DNA of 64,000 nucleotides from Octopus sinensis (Eukaryota), in assembly GCF_006345805.1 (NCBI RefSeq), contig NW_021826031.1, positions 558,001-622,000 on the forward strand. Reading direction: 5' to 3'. The notes under the pieces are model-generated. The model was given only the letters and a program-made list of their open reading frames with translations, ran no database searches and was not told the DNA's origin. Below, piece after piece: positions 12,572 through 24,098 of the stretch (its first letter is position 1; every line of letters begins with the position of its first letter). The position numbers and the translations under genes are program-made.

Positions 12572-13630
12572 CCAGCAACAACTATACTCCGTTGAGAATT
12601 GAAAACAGTCTCGAGGCTTCGCCCTCGAAATCATCGGTCACTTTATTTTCTTCCGACAGAAGACAATCAAACCTTCACCCGAAGTTATCTCTCTTTGGTT
12701 CTGACCTCCCACTATGCAAAAACCCTACTATCCTCGGACTTACTTTTGATCCAACTATGTCCTTCAACAAGCATGTCTCTAACATTTCTGACAAAGCAAA
12801 CAGACGCAAAAACATACTAAAAGCAATAAGTGGGCACATTACTGGCGCCCAGAAGCCACTCCTCAAACGAGTTTACAAACAATACATATGCTCCGTATTA
12901 AGTTATGCGAGTCCAAGCTGGGCGCCCTGCCTATTCATAAACTCGACAATGGCATTTAAATCAGTACAAAACAAGGCCATGCGCACAATATTTGGGTGTC
13001 TGAAATCAACCCAATTGATAACCTCCACTGTGAAACAAACCTTTTGCCAATTGAAGATCATCTAAATATAAGAGGAGCGCAATTTTTATTTGCATCTCGA
13101 ATTCCCTATCATCCATGTTCTGCTCTAAACGTGCTAAACGGAAATTCTTGTTCAGTGAAGAACACGCCGTCGAATCTATATTCTCGGATCCTTGCAAAAA
13201 TCGATGGCTTGCATATGCTCATATCCGATGAGGAAAATTCACAATTTGACATCCACATCAGCTATTCTTAAGCTGACGCCTAACTCTGTACTCAATAAAC
13301 CTCCTAATGACGTTCACTGTTCTAAATTGCTTCTCAACCGTTCGGCTCAGACAAACTTGGCTCGTTTCCGTTCTGGTCATCACTCCTCATTAAACCACTA
13401 TGCACACAAAATGGACATCTCGATCTCCCCCTTTTGTCCCATTTGCCATGCTGACGAGCACAAAACCGCCCATCTATTCCGCTGTCCTGGTCTTCTTTCG
13501 CTCCGTAAAAAATTTGCAATTCACTCCCGGAAGTCCTATGGGAGCAACCTGGGAGGGCGCTGTTATTTCTGCAAGCTGCTTGTCTCATAACTTGATGTGA
13601 GATCAAGGTTATGCAACAACAGCAACAACA
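12572..13630 (+). mobile_element. 5'-truncated Ingi/Vingi-like LINE
   Basis: SPSKSSVTLF, ILGLTFD, C-terminal LARFRSGH...CPIC...HLFRCP, (CAA)n tail, 8-bp TSD AACCTCAT (12564-12571, 13631-13638). Confidence 0.85.
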
Positions 13631-13993
13631 AACCTCATATTTTCTGTTTAGAATTATAAATAAATTTGCGTTTACGGTACCCTCAGGGTTCCGTAATACT
13701 CCTCTGTTAAACTTCCGCTAAATCTGGTCCTACAAAGGCTCGCCCTTGAGGCAGCTCCACTATCTCTGCTAATCAACTGTGGTTAATTCGGGCTACATCC
13801 ATGGAAAACAACAACTAAAACGCTTGTTTCTTTAGCTTCACGTTTACAGGGACCTTCTGGACGATTCAAAAAATAGTCGGTGGTGATATTCTAATCAAAC
13901 TAATAAAAATTTAAGGAAGTAGAATTAAGCAGTATCAGGAGTGACGCACAAACTGCCCTACCATTGGAAAAAGCAATTATTTGTATATAACTG

Positions 13994-15358
13994 TCACAAC
14001 TCAAGTGCGTCTGAAGTGTCGAGTTCATTCATCAGAGTCATTACAAAGGCGATCTCTTTGGAGGCCGACTCCATAGCCTTAAAGACCGAGTTATCCTTGC
14101 TCCGGATAATATTTGGTGCCATGATCATAGCAATTGTCTCCGCCTTCATCTTAGTCATTGCTACAGATTCCTCACTGAGAAAAACCTTCATAAACTTAGA
14201 CCTTCAAACCTGCAAAAAGTGGATCAAATGCTTCAAGGCATTCGCGTTCTCGTTAGGAAGGAGGGAAACGATTTTGAGGACGCTGGCCTTTGTGGGGATC
14301 TCATTCACACAGGCATCATAAAGGCTGCAACACACAAGAGGTTCTTCCAATTCTCGACACCACATCTTTAAAGTGGAACACAAAACCTTCAGATTAAGGC
14401 AGTTGAGGACACTAACGTGTGGATCCTTGGTCGAAGGGTCCTGGAATACTTCACATTCTCGTTTAGTCGCCATTACGTCATCCACATCTCCAGGAATACT
14501 CCAAATAAGTCAAGAAATGCTCACCGAAAAATACCTTCTACAAAGGGCGATCCACACTCGAGCATTTTAGTAGTGAGAGTAGTCAGGATCCATGGAAGTC
14601 GGAGATCGGGGAAGCGTGAATGCTGTTGTTGGAGTATCTGACTGAGCGAGGAACCAAAAGACGACTTTTCGTAAATAAATTTCTGTGGTGACTAGCCAAA
14701 AGGACCAACCCGAACATGGCGAATGTGCTCGGCGGTAACCTGAGAACACACCGTGGTCACTCTGTGGACCCTGGCTTTGGCTATTAAAAGAAGAATGTAG
14801 TCAATAATTTGAGTAAGTTTGGGACATTTTTCATTAGTGTGAAACCGACAAAGCGCGGCAATGTCGTCCAAAAGTGATGGCTGGGGTGCGACATAAGTCA
14901 AATAAATAGCCAACAGCTCCCATCCTTGAATCTCCTTTTCACTACCACCACATGACATAAACATATACATGTTGTCCCGTCCAGACAACTGCATGCAGAT
15001 GAGCACAAACATATCCTGTCGTTGATCAATATTGTATAATCCGATGGAAACTAAATCGGATATGACCACATCCCTGCTCTCTGCACACTTTTTGTCGTTC
15101 ATTATCATTTTCACATGTAAAAGTTAGAATTAGTGAAATATATTTTTAAATGCTCGAGCCAGTAGTTTCAGGTTCTTGTTCTGACCTTTAAAAAAGGACC
15201 TCGGAAATTTCTTAATTTAAATGGAAAGAATACCTTTGACCAATTCAGGTATGGAAAGTAGTCAAGTCTCTTTATACTCTATAGCCGTAATATATCGAGC
15301 GGATAACCTGGCAAAACATCGAGGTAATTGCTAAATCTAAATAATTTATATGAATCAT
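13994..15358 (-). CDS. ARHGAP39: ARHGAP39/Vilse-like MyTH4 + RhoGAP protein (no WW region seen)
   Basis: GWELLAIYL (MyTH4), LPWILTTL, EGIFR (Arg finger intact), DPH|VLCSTLKMWCRELEEPL, FLQ|VF...TKM...IAMIMAPN...ELDTS match ARHGAP39. Several 23-30 nt introns; start tentative. Confidence 0.9.
15117..15143 (-). other. Candidate 27-nt AT-AC intron in ARHGAP39
   Basis: Minus strand ATATATTTCACTAATTCTAACTTTTAC. Contains an in-frame stop and no GT or AG; removal gives ...ARAFK-N-VKMIMND, collinear with ...LFKLIQMYMGD. Confidence 0.55.
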
Positions 15359-15794
15359 ATCAAAAATAATTTATTCTTAAAAATAACAACTTTATTTTTT
15401 TGACTTTTTAAATCCATATTGGTGATATAGATGCAAGCATTTCACCACTTCATAATGGAGTTATGCATTCGCCCATATCTGGTGGGGAGGAGATCAACGG
15501 TCTTTTTAGATGATTTGCAGTGACTGAATTTATTTTCTCCGTTCTTGAAAAAACCAGTTTCGATCTTGCAGCAGGCGCATTTGCTTCATTCTGGGGAAGG
15601 GTGGTCACTTTTAGGCAGAATCCGTCAATATATACTGGCCTGTCCTTGGACTAAGAAATGCTGAAAATCCCAGACAGCATCAAATATGACTAATTGGCAA
15701 TTCCAATCAGACAGTCACCTCAATTTACCTTCCTCCACAGCTAGCCGCTCAATAAAAGTAATTACAAACAACTTTATTTGAGCAATAATACAAA

Positions 15795-16220
15795 TCAATC
15801 TTTGTCAAAACGAATTTTCCGACCTCTTTTGAAATGAGGCTCGAGGGGAACGGCAGACCGGAATGGATGTTCTAACCGTGAGACTTTGTCCACAATCTGA
15901 ACCAAGGAATCGACATAGGGCGTGGAATATGGACGTTTCATGCATTTGACATAACATGATAGACAAATCAGATTTTGCTTGTTTTGTAGGTATCTCCAAT
16001 GCGGAGTATATTTGCAGGTGCACATTGAACAGACCCTCCTTGTATATGTCGAAGTGGGACTGATTTGGTGCCTGCCAGTTGATACTCCCAAATCTTGGAG
16101 ATACTGCTCAGTGTGAATCGATGGAATAAATGTTATCGAATCGACGTTCGGGATTAATAAAACTGGCATACTCCCCATCAATTCGTTAAATTCCTGGATA
16201 AAGTTCTGACCATTCATCAA
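15795..16220 (-). CDS. Small GATA-type zinc finger protein, GATAD2/p66 CR2-like
   Basis: CSMC-x18-CLSC with TPHWR, preceded by FIPSIHTEQYLQDLGV resembling the p66 CR2 FLPS...EFIYLVGL motif; 141-aa ORF. Confidence 0.6.
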   Translation of the reverse strand: MMNGQNFIQEFNELMGSMPVLLIPNVDSITFIPSIHTEQYLQDLGVSTGRHQISPTSTYTRRVCSMCTCKYTPHWRYLQNKQNLICLSCYVKCMKRPYSTPYVDSLVQIVDKVSRLEHPFRSAVPLEPHFKRGRKIRFDKD

Positions 16221-16733
16221 AGATGCCTCACAAAATGAAAAAACATAATTTGGGCGCCATTTAATAATTTGTAAAAAATATAATTAAAAAATTAAGAAAC
16301 TCCACAAGTAAGACCAACTTGCTGGAGAATTGGGCACAACATAAACGACACATTGTATTCACATGAGATGTAGTAGTAACCAAATTTTATAAATATATGA
16401 AAAAATTGAACATAGTTGCTTTGTCTAGGGGGTACAGTCAGTCAATGGTTATCAATTAAATGTTCGTTGCTGACCACAACATGAAGTGAAGATCGACAAC
16501 TGTAACAATCAAAATATCAGGGTAACCAATATGCATAAGAAAAATAACTGGGAGTGTCAGTTGACTTGACAGAGAAGTCAGCTTCCTTATTGCAATACAA
16601 AGAAAATTCGAGATATGAATCGTCGAAGTTTCATTTGTTTTAAAAAAGTAAAAAATATTAATTAAAGATAATAATAAAACTACATTTCTTTAATATGAAA
16701 TATTATTTAATAATTAAAAAAGATATTTCACTG

Positions 16734-17066
16734 GCCGGGTGGTGCAGTGCTTGAAGATTTGGCAGTTTAGCGAAGCTCTGGGTTCGAATCTCACTGCTAT
16801 CATTCCGGCTGAAGGTTCCATGCATTACATGCACCCAGGATTGACGAGTGACGCCGTCATCAGTGATTTCACTGCGGAACCGGATGTCTACATCAGCCAC
16901 AGCACGAGAGAAAAATAGATGCGGGGGCAGCTCGTTTGGATTCGTTCGTTTGGATTAGTTAGTTCCTAATAACATGTTCTCTCTTCTATCTTGATCTTAT
17001 GTGGCTGGCCAGTGCGAGATTTCACATTAAGTTGCGATCTTGCGGACGTGCCTCTATTATTATTAT
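16734..17066 (+). mobile_element. tRNA-derived SINE
   Basis: Head GCCGGGTGGTGCAGTG (A box) ... GGTTCGAATC (B box), (TAT)n tail, 10-bp TSD TATTTCACTG (16724-16733, 17067-17076). Confidence 0.7.
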
Positions 17067-17116
17067 TATTTCACTGTAGTGAAGGATAGATTAAGATTTT
17101 TTTGGTTTATTTAATA

Positions 17117-18466
17117 TGTCGCGAGCGCAGCGAGCGACCGAGCGCAGCGAGCGACCACTCAATTTCTAGATCCGATCAATCAAAAAATCTATAAATTGAC
17201 AAATACCCAGGCTTGTATTTGGGATTAAATATATTCGATAACAAAAATTAAAATCAATGCCAAAGCAGAATAAGCTTTAAAACCGATTCATAAATAAAAA
17301 TAATATTTTAAAATTTATAATTGATATTTTAGAATAATGAGAAAAAATCAAATGCTTCATAATTTATAAAAATGTCAAAAAAAGAATCTTCTGAAGGAGC
17401 AAGCCTGTCTGCACAGTTCATTTTTGATTAGAGACCTATTTAGAGATTAAAACGAAAAAATAGCAATGAGATCTGTCAAATTATTATCCCCCTCACAACC
17501 TAACCATTAGCTTCAGTATTCATTGATTTTACTTTTCTATTAAGGTCTACTTATTATTATTATTATTAGCACTGTCATAGGAACATAATGTAATTTAAAC
17601 TAATTAAGTTCCCACATGTGCCACATATGAGACTATCTTTTCGGTCATAATTTTCCATGATGTGCGGTTGTATGCTATACTCCTGAGAGTATCTAGGTCG
17701 TCTCCATTTTTCGTCTCCATTTTTCAGTAGCATTTCACCTGGTGCATTTCTTATCCCCCGTCCATGTCTGCCCATGAACACTTCTTCACCACGGCCTTTG
17801 CCTGCCTTAGCATTCCAATCACCGGCAATTAGTATAAGGAAGGATGGTTTTTATACTCGTGTAGGTCTTTGATAGCATGTGATAGAAAGAGTCTAGTTCA
17901 TCCATGTTCTTCTTCAGTCTTCCACTTTGTGGGGCGTAGACATTTATAATGCTGATTATTCGATCCGTGTTGGTCAAAGTTTTTGTCTCAGTTGTAGTAA
18001 CATATGCGGTCGTTCACACGGTAGTATTTGTGAATTGAATTCCCCTGCCCTAATGACGTGATTCTGATGGAAGGAGAATGATTCGATACTCGTTGTGTAT
18101 CTCATCTAGCCCGCCTTTGACCTTCGTTTCTTGAAAGCATCCGATAGTTGCACCATATGCATTCAGATCCCGGCATAGATTTTTCGCTTGGATAGGTCAG
18201 ATAGTCCTCTGACATTGAATGATAGCAAAGTAAAATCTCTTTGTAGCCTCATATGTGATTAAGACTTGTGCAATAGAGTTGCGTCACTAACTCAACTAAG
18301 GTCTACTTATAAATTATTTTATGGGATTCATGGAAACTTGAGTTATTTCAATTTTAATTTTAAATCATGTAAAATTTTAAATAATTTAATAAATATATTT
18401 GTTGATGATAGGCTTTTTGGTGTCAAAGTCGCGTCTAGCGCTCGGTCGCGCGCTGCGCTCGCGACA
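17117..18466. mobile_element. Unclassified non-autonomous TIR element, copy A (TGT...ACA termini)
   Basis: TIR TGTCGCGAGCGCAGCG at both ends, GC-rich subterminal repeats, 5-bp TSD TAATA. Homologous to 24099-25369 in the opposite orientation. Confidence 0.85.
17555..18296 (-). mobile_element. Non-autonomous RTE-like element (APE fused to the C-terminal end, RT deleted)
   Basis: LLSFNVRGL...CFQETK, INVYAPQ, LIAGDWNA, then DLDTLRSIAYNRTSWK and a (TAA)n tail. 14-bp TSD TAAGGTCTACTTAT (17541-17554, 18297-18310). Confidence 0.8.
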
Positions 18467-19099
18467 TAATATAATAAAAACGACTCACAACTCAACTTCA
18501 CGTCGAACCTAAGATTTATTTTATTTATTAATAAATAAAATATTAAACAAGATAATACAATTATAATGATTCGACGTGGTCTTTCTCTTCATGGTTTAAA
18601 TTTTATAAATAAATAAGTTTTTCCATTGAATAATCAAACAAATGTACAATCATCCTTTTATTCTTACGACCCTGAATTCATTCAGAAACAAGTAACCAAC
18701 ATAAACAACGGGGGACCTCGTGCAATATCGGAAATTGCAAGCCATCTCAGTACTGACTGCGGGTAGGGGAAACTCATTCAGCAGACTTGTTTACCGAGGT
18801 GAAGATCTCAATGTCCTGTTCGTTGTCGCCAATGAGACCAGCTACGATTTAAATTTGTTCGAATACTCCGTACTGACACTCTTATAAGCATAGCTCGAAT
18901 CTTACGTCCGAAATGTTTGCAATGTCGAGGAATATGGCAATTTTGATTCTGAGAAATTATTGTCTGGCCATTTACGGGCAATCCTGTTCACTGTCAGTTT
19001 CCCTACCACTGATAAACACCAGTTCTGTTAGAATCATATTCTAGACTTAAATTGCAGGTTTACTACACCTGTCACACAACTGACCGACTGTCACTCTCC

Positions 19100-20030
19100 A
19101 AAGTACTCAATTTCTGTGTATTTCTCACAATTGCACTTGATAGGTCACTGATCTGCTCGACGTTCGACTGACAACACATTTGGTCAATGTGGCAGTATTG
19201 TGACACATTGGTAGAGTCGACGAGTTGTGGTCCACTGCTCCATTCACAACAAAGGATTGACTTCTGTACGGATAGAGTCGATCACTGCCACCGTGGATTC
19301 GCAGTATTCCCCGAATATGTCGATAACCAGCACGGATATGTCCGGGTAATCGCAGTATCATCATTGAAGGGGACATGAATTAGAGCATGATTGTATTCTT
19401 ACTAAAATATTTGTGATCCTTCTCACAGGCAATTTCAACATTCCTGCGGAGTTCGTTTTCAGAGACGTGAAAAACGTCCCCGTTGCCAAACTTGTAACAC
19501 AGTGGAGAAGAGTACACGTCCCCAACAGAACTGGAGCAATACTCAGTGTTATTTGTTGTCCTGTATCTCTCTGCAATATTTTTAGTCGAACAAGCTTCCG
19601 GAAGTCGAAGTGAAATGTGACTATTCGAAGGGAACAGTTCATATACCCCACACAATTCGCCTTACTTTCTTCAATAACAAGTGGGCCTTGTTGTTTTAAA
19701 AGGATTGAACCATTCAATGGTGTCCTCATTTTTCTCAACGAAGAGGGAGCCTCTGTGCTTTGGATTGGCAGAACTAGATGGCGGGTCCCTGTTGTTGACC
19801 CGACAGCCAAACTTGTCTTTGAAGTTGACGTACTTCCACTATTTTCCGGGATTCAGGTTTCCCAATGTGTGGCACTGCAGAATTTGGGAGCAGTTGAGGT
19901 TTTAGACGCCGATTCTAACAAAACCTATCGATTTGACAGTGTTGGGTCGACTGAGATAAGTCATTCTGTTAGCTAAAATACATTTCTGTTTAATTCTATA
20001 ATTCCTACATACGACACAGATAGAGCAATA
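19100..20030 (-). CDS. Possible multi-exon cysteine-rich gene, structure unresolved
   Basis: Higher-GC, coding-like segments in a shared frame (WKYVNFKDKFGC...; LCGVYELFP...EIACEKDHKY) separated by short stop-containing gaps; no domain recognised. Confidence 0.25.
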
Positions 20031-20495
20031 CATTTTTCTTTTGACTAATATGTACATTCAGCAGTGTCGTGATTTAAAACAAGTTTAGTGGATATTATTT
20101 GAGGTCTTAGGTCAGTTATAAGACTGTTCAATTCCGCCCATTTTTAACACTAAGGAAATATACTGTGATTGGGCTATTTATTTTCATTTGACCTTGAACC
20201 AATTTAAGATGGCCTATTTATTAAGAATTAATTAGCAGCCTAGTTTTCACTTAAACAATGAAAGTGAATTTTTGTAAAAAAATTTCTCTTGTTTTAGAGA
20301 TATTTGTAAGCTACGCCATCCACTGACCTTAGTTATCTGCCGAAATTGTGCGGCGCATTTATATCGTGGTTTGTATTACAGATAAATACAAAACTAAAGA
20401 TAAAGCGTAATACTGAAACACAAGTAGTTTCCCAGAATAACGTTAACCTGACGTCAATACCAAATATATAACAAGAAGACGTATTTCCTGAACTA

Positions 20496-21090
20496 ATGGA
20501 CAACGAAAAAACTGAAAAAGTGTATATTCTCCTCATCGGGGATGCCCATGTCGGTAAAAGCAGTCTTATCGCTGCTCACTCGGGAAAATTTACTCGTACC
20601 TACAATCCTACAAATTGTGACATATACGAGGGTAATTTGGAATTGTCGACTTGAAGGGATAATGGGAAACACAATTTATTACTTAATCGACTATGGGGGG
20701 GATCTAAATTTTAAAGGGGTCAGTCTGGATGTCAACTTTTCATAGGAATTCGATCTCTTAAATAAATATTTGAATAAAGCTGACGGAGTCGCCCTCTGCT
20801 TCGACATGTCTGACAAGAAATCCCTTATTTCCATATCCAAAAAATGGATTGGTTATCTCAGAGTACGAAATCCCTCGTGTCCGACAATTTTGGTGGGGAC
20901 CAAATGCGACCTTAGTTCCAAGAAAATGAGCAATGATTTTTTCAAATTCGTTATCTCGACAGAGGCTAAAAAAGTTTCAAAAACAGTCGGAGCTTCTGCA
21001 TATTTCGAATGTTCTTCATTGACTCAAAGAAATGTTAAACACGTTTTTAAACATATTTTAACATATACTCGAAAAAAGAATAATATTTGA
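20496..21090 (+). CDS. Atypical Rho-family small GTPase
   Basis: G1 GDAHVGKSS, effector-like YNPTNCDIY, G3 DYGG, G4 VGTKCDL, G5 YFECSSLTQRNVKHVF. Introns of 25 nt (20632-20656) and 27 nt; ends RKKNNI with no CAAX. Confidence 0.85.
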
Positions 21091-21889
21091 CTGGAATAAC
21101 TAATATATAAAATTTGAAATTTGTGCTTGTTTCTGAAACACCAATTTGATAACATTAAGAGCCCATTGAGAAATCTCTAAGGTAAATTACAGCGATATTC
21201 TTATTAAGGCTAACGAGTAGGTCATTTATTAATATTGTGATCACATGTTTAAATAAAAGGTAATAATGTATAATTTGAGTTATTTTTTTGACCTCATATA
21301 GAAATTAACATTTAAGATTGAATTAGTACAGTTGGTTATTGAGAGTCAAACTACAGAAATCATAAAATTAATTTCACTTTCGGACAAATGCCGTGTTCTC
21401 TATATTATAAGACCTATCTAAAACGTATATTGTATTTTCTCGATTTTAACGCGCAGAGAAAATAATACGCAGGTAAATTTTGAGCCAAAAAAATCTGGAA
21501 AAACGCAGAAATCAAATATCGTGCGTACCTAAAATTCTGCGCTGGCGAAAATCGGAAATGCCACTTTTATGCCTTTTCTTGAACGCTGCGCTATAATTTG
21601 CTCGTTATGATATCATGTTGCTTGTACAATGTTCAAAACTGAACTGAAGAAGGGTGAACTGAGGCAAGTACAACGCTAGAAGGGGGCAGTGGTGGTCTCT
21701 GCTCTCCGATTTTTGACGTAAAACCAAAAATTTATAATCGTACCGAGCGAAAATTTGTAATTTATTTTAGCTATTGATTATAACACGCACCTCATTTATT
21801 GGAATTAATTATATAGCAAAAACTTGAGTGTTATAATCAAGAAAATACAGTAATAAGCCCTATCAATTTTTATGGAATGACTCTGTATA

Positions 21890-22015
21890 CTAGTTAGATT
21901 GAAATGAATGTGTGGGTATCTGCACTGTTGGTGCTCCTGCAATGACGGGGCATGTTAAAGGCTATGTTTCTGTTGCGAAAAATAAGAATCCGGACTTAAT
22001 TCACACTTTTTGTTT
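21890..22015 (+). mobile_element. hAT transposase fragment
   Basis: CVGICTVGAPAMTGHVKGYVSVAKNKNPDLIHTFCF resembles the Buster-type TDGAPAM...HC motif. Confidence 0.5.
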
Positions 22016-22609
22016 CAAGAACTTTCTTTGTATCCCTCGACTGACCTATTTGCTTCGCTCTTCTCCATGTTGTCGTTTACATCAAGAAATTCTGGCTTTG
22101 GATAACGCTGTTACGTTGTCGTTGCAATTTCTTCTGAACATCTTGTTTACTAAGGTGGGACGTTCTCGTGCTGTGCTCCCGATTCGTTTTGGAGGTATCG
22201 GGGTTTGTTCTTGTGCTGGCCGATTTCCGTGCCATGCTATACTGAGTATGACTACATTCCCATTCAGGAGAGTTAGGTCTCTTGTTTGGGACGTGACCTG
22301 CGTGGATTCCCTGTCGGAGACATTGTTGTCCAGGACAGCATTTTCGTCCGACTATGCTTTCGCGCTTGCGGAGGAAAAGAAATGTTGAAATACGCTCACC
22401 TTTCGAAGGACAATGAGTTCGTGCCCCTCGTCTTTGAGACCATTGGCATGGTCGGCAAAGAGGCTGAGAAGTTGTTAAGACTGTTGGACAAAAAAATCGC
22501 ATCAAAGACCAATGACCGGAGGGAGACGAGCTGGCTCTTTCAGCACGTCTCGGTCTTAATTTTTCACGGGAACGGTTTTTCGATTTGCAGCGCGTCTTCG
22601 CTGGACTGA
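22016..22609 (+). mobile_element. CRE-like retrotransposon fragment (internally deleted)
   Basis: PRLTYLLRSSPC, LPIRFGGIG, LVWDVTCVD, FVPLVFETIG, RETSWLFQ. Confidence 0.8.
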
Positions 22610-24098
22610 TTGTCAAGTCTGCGTCACTATAGCTAGTTCCTTTCCTTTATTGATCATATGTTTTATAAATGAAAAAAGAAAGGAAGTGTAAATAAATTAT
22701 TCTACTAATTATTGATCATTTGGAGTCATTATTTATAGGTTTGAAGAATTATTTTCCATCCTATCAGCTGAACTCTAGATTTATGTTCTGGCAGCGTGGC
22801 GTTATGTGGTTCACCAACTCGCTTGAATCTCGCAATTCAGATTTGGAAACGCTTAGGGGGTACCTAATGCCCACTGGAAAAGAACCATCAAAACTTGTCC
22901 CCCTGGTGACATTTTCGTCCCAGGACGATGCACCCTACCTAAGTCTCACTCTCACTCTGAAAGGGGGCGGTCTTCTCACTCTAATCAGAAACAACGTGAA
23001 TTTCTCTGACATCTCCGCTGAAGTGAGGAAGATCATCGAGGCTGATGAGGTTTCCGAGTTAATTGGGATCTCGCTTGGCACATCGAAGGGTCGTTTATTG
23101 CTCGTCAATATGTACATCCCACCTCCTGGCTCTTGTCCAAGGAGCTATTGCCTCCCTACTCTCTCCAATCTGGCACGTGTAGACGGGGTCATCTTATGCG
23201 GTGACCTCAATGCGAAACACCCCCTTTGGCTCTGTAATCAGTTGGCGGATACGAGAGGGAAATCTCTACTTTCCCAATTGGATTCCTTAACTATCCTGAA
23301 CGACCCATCGAGAAACACAAGAACCTCATTCAGAGGGACCGACAAACCTCCGTCACCCGATGTAACTTTATGCTCTCCTTCTCTCGCATCATCTACGGAG
23401 TGGTCAGTCCTCTATGAAACGAGAAGCGATCACAACCCGATAACGGTGAAGATCAAAAGAAAAGTTGTCACCAGGAAAGTACAAAGCGGCCAACTGGCCT
23501 TTGTTCAAGAGATATTGAACACGAGACTAAAAAATTGCAATCTGTGCAGCCTTAGCTCTCTCGACAAGGCCATTGGGTTCTTCTCGAAGATCATTCTGAA
23601 AGCAAGTGCAATGGCTATTCCTAAACGTCCACCTCACTCTGCTTGTAGTCGAAGGATATCCGGTCTGGCCAAGGAGAGAAATCGCCTCAAGAAGTCAAAC
23701 TGAATGTCTTCCGACATAATTACCCGCATCAGATATTTGAACAAGGAATTGAAGACCAGTGATCACAGGCACACCTATCTGAAATGGAATCGCATTCTTA
23801 CTACCATGAAACGTAATCGTTCAACGGGTGAAGTGTGGAAAGCCATTCTGCACGTGGCCAGGGGGGACGCCCCTGAACCTTTCGAAGATTTCGATAAAAA
23901 AGACGTGAACAACTTCATGAATTTCTATGCGAAAAATGCACACAAGGAGCACAGGAAATCCGATTCACTCCCCTCCAACAGAAGCCTAAAAAACGGGCTG
24001 AACCTCTCCTTCTCTCGGTAAAGGAGATGGAAGATACCTTGCACTCTACAAAATCATCGTATTCTCACGGCCCGGACAAAATCCCGGTCATCCTATTA

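Noticed and set aside
16734-16800. Functional tRNA gene
   Set aside because: A and B boxes are present, but I cannot form acceptor and anticodon stems, and it lies in a TSD-bounded tailed unit.
17117-17160. Vector or AAV-ITR contamination (CGACCGAGCGCAGCGAG recalls ColE1-type plasmids; GAGC repeats recall the AAV Rep site)
   Set aside because: The similarity is short and from memory, and the motif is part of a TIR at two loci with TSDs.
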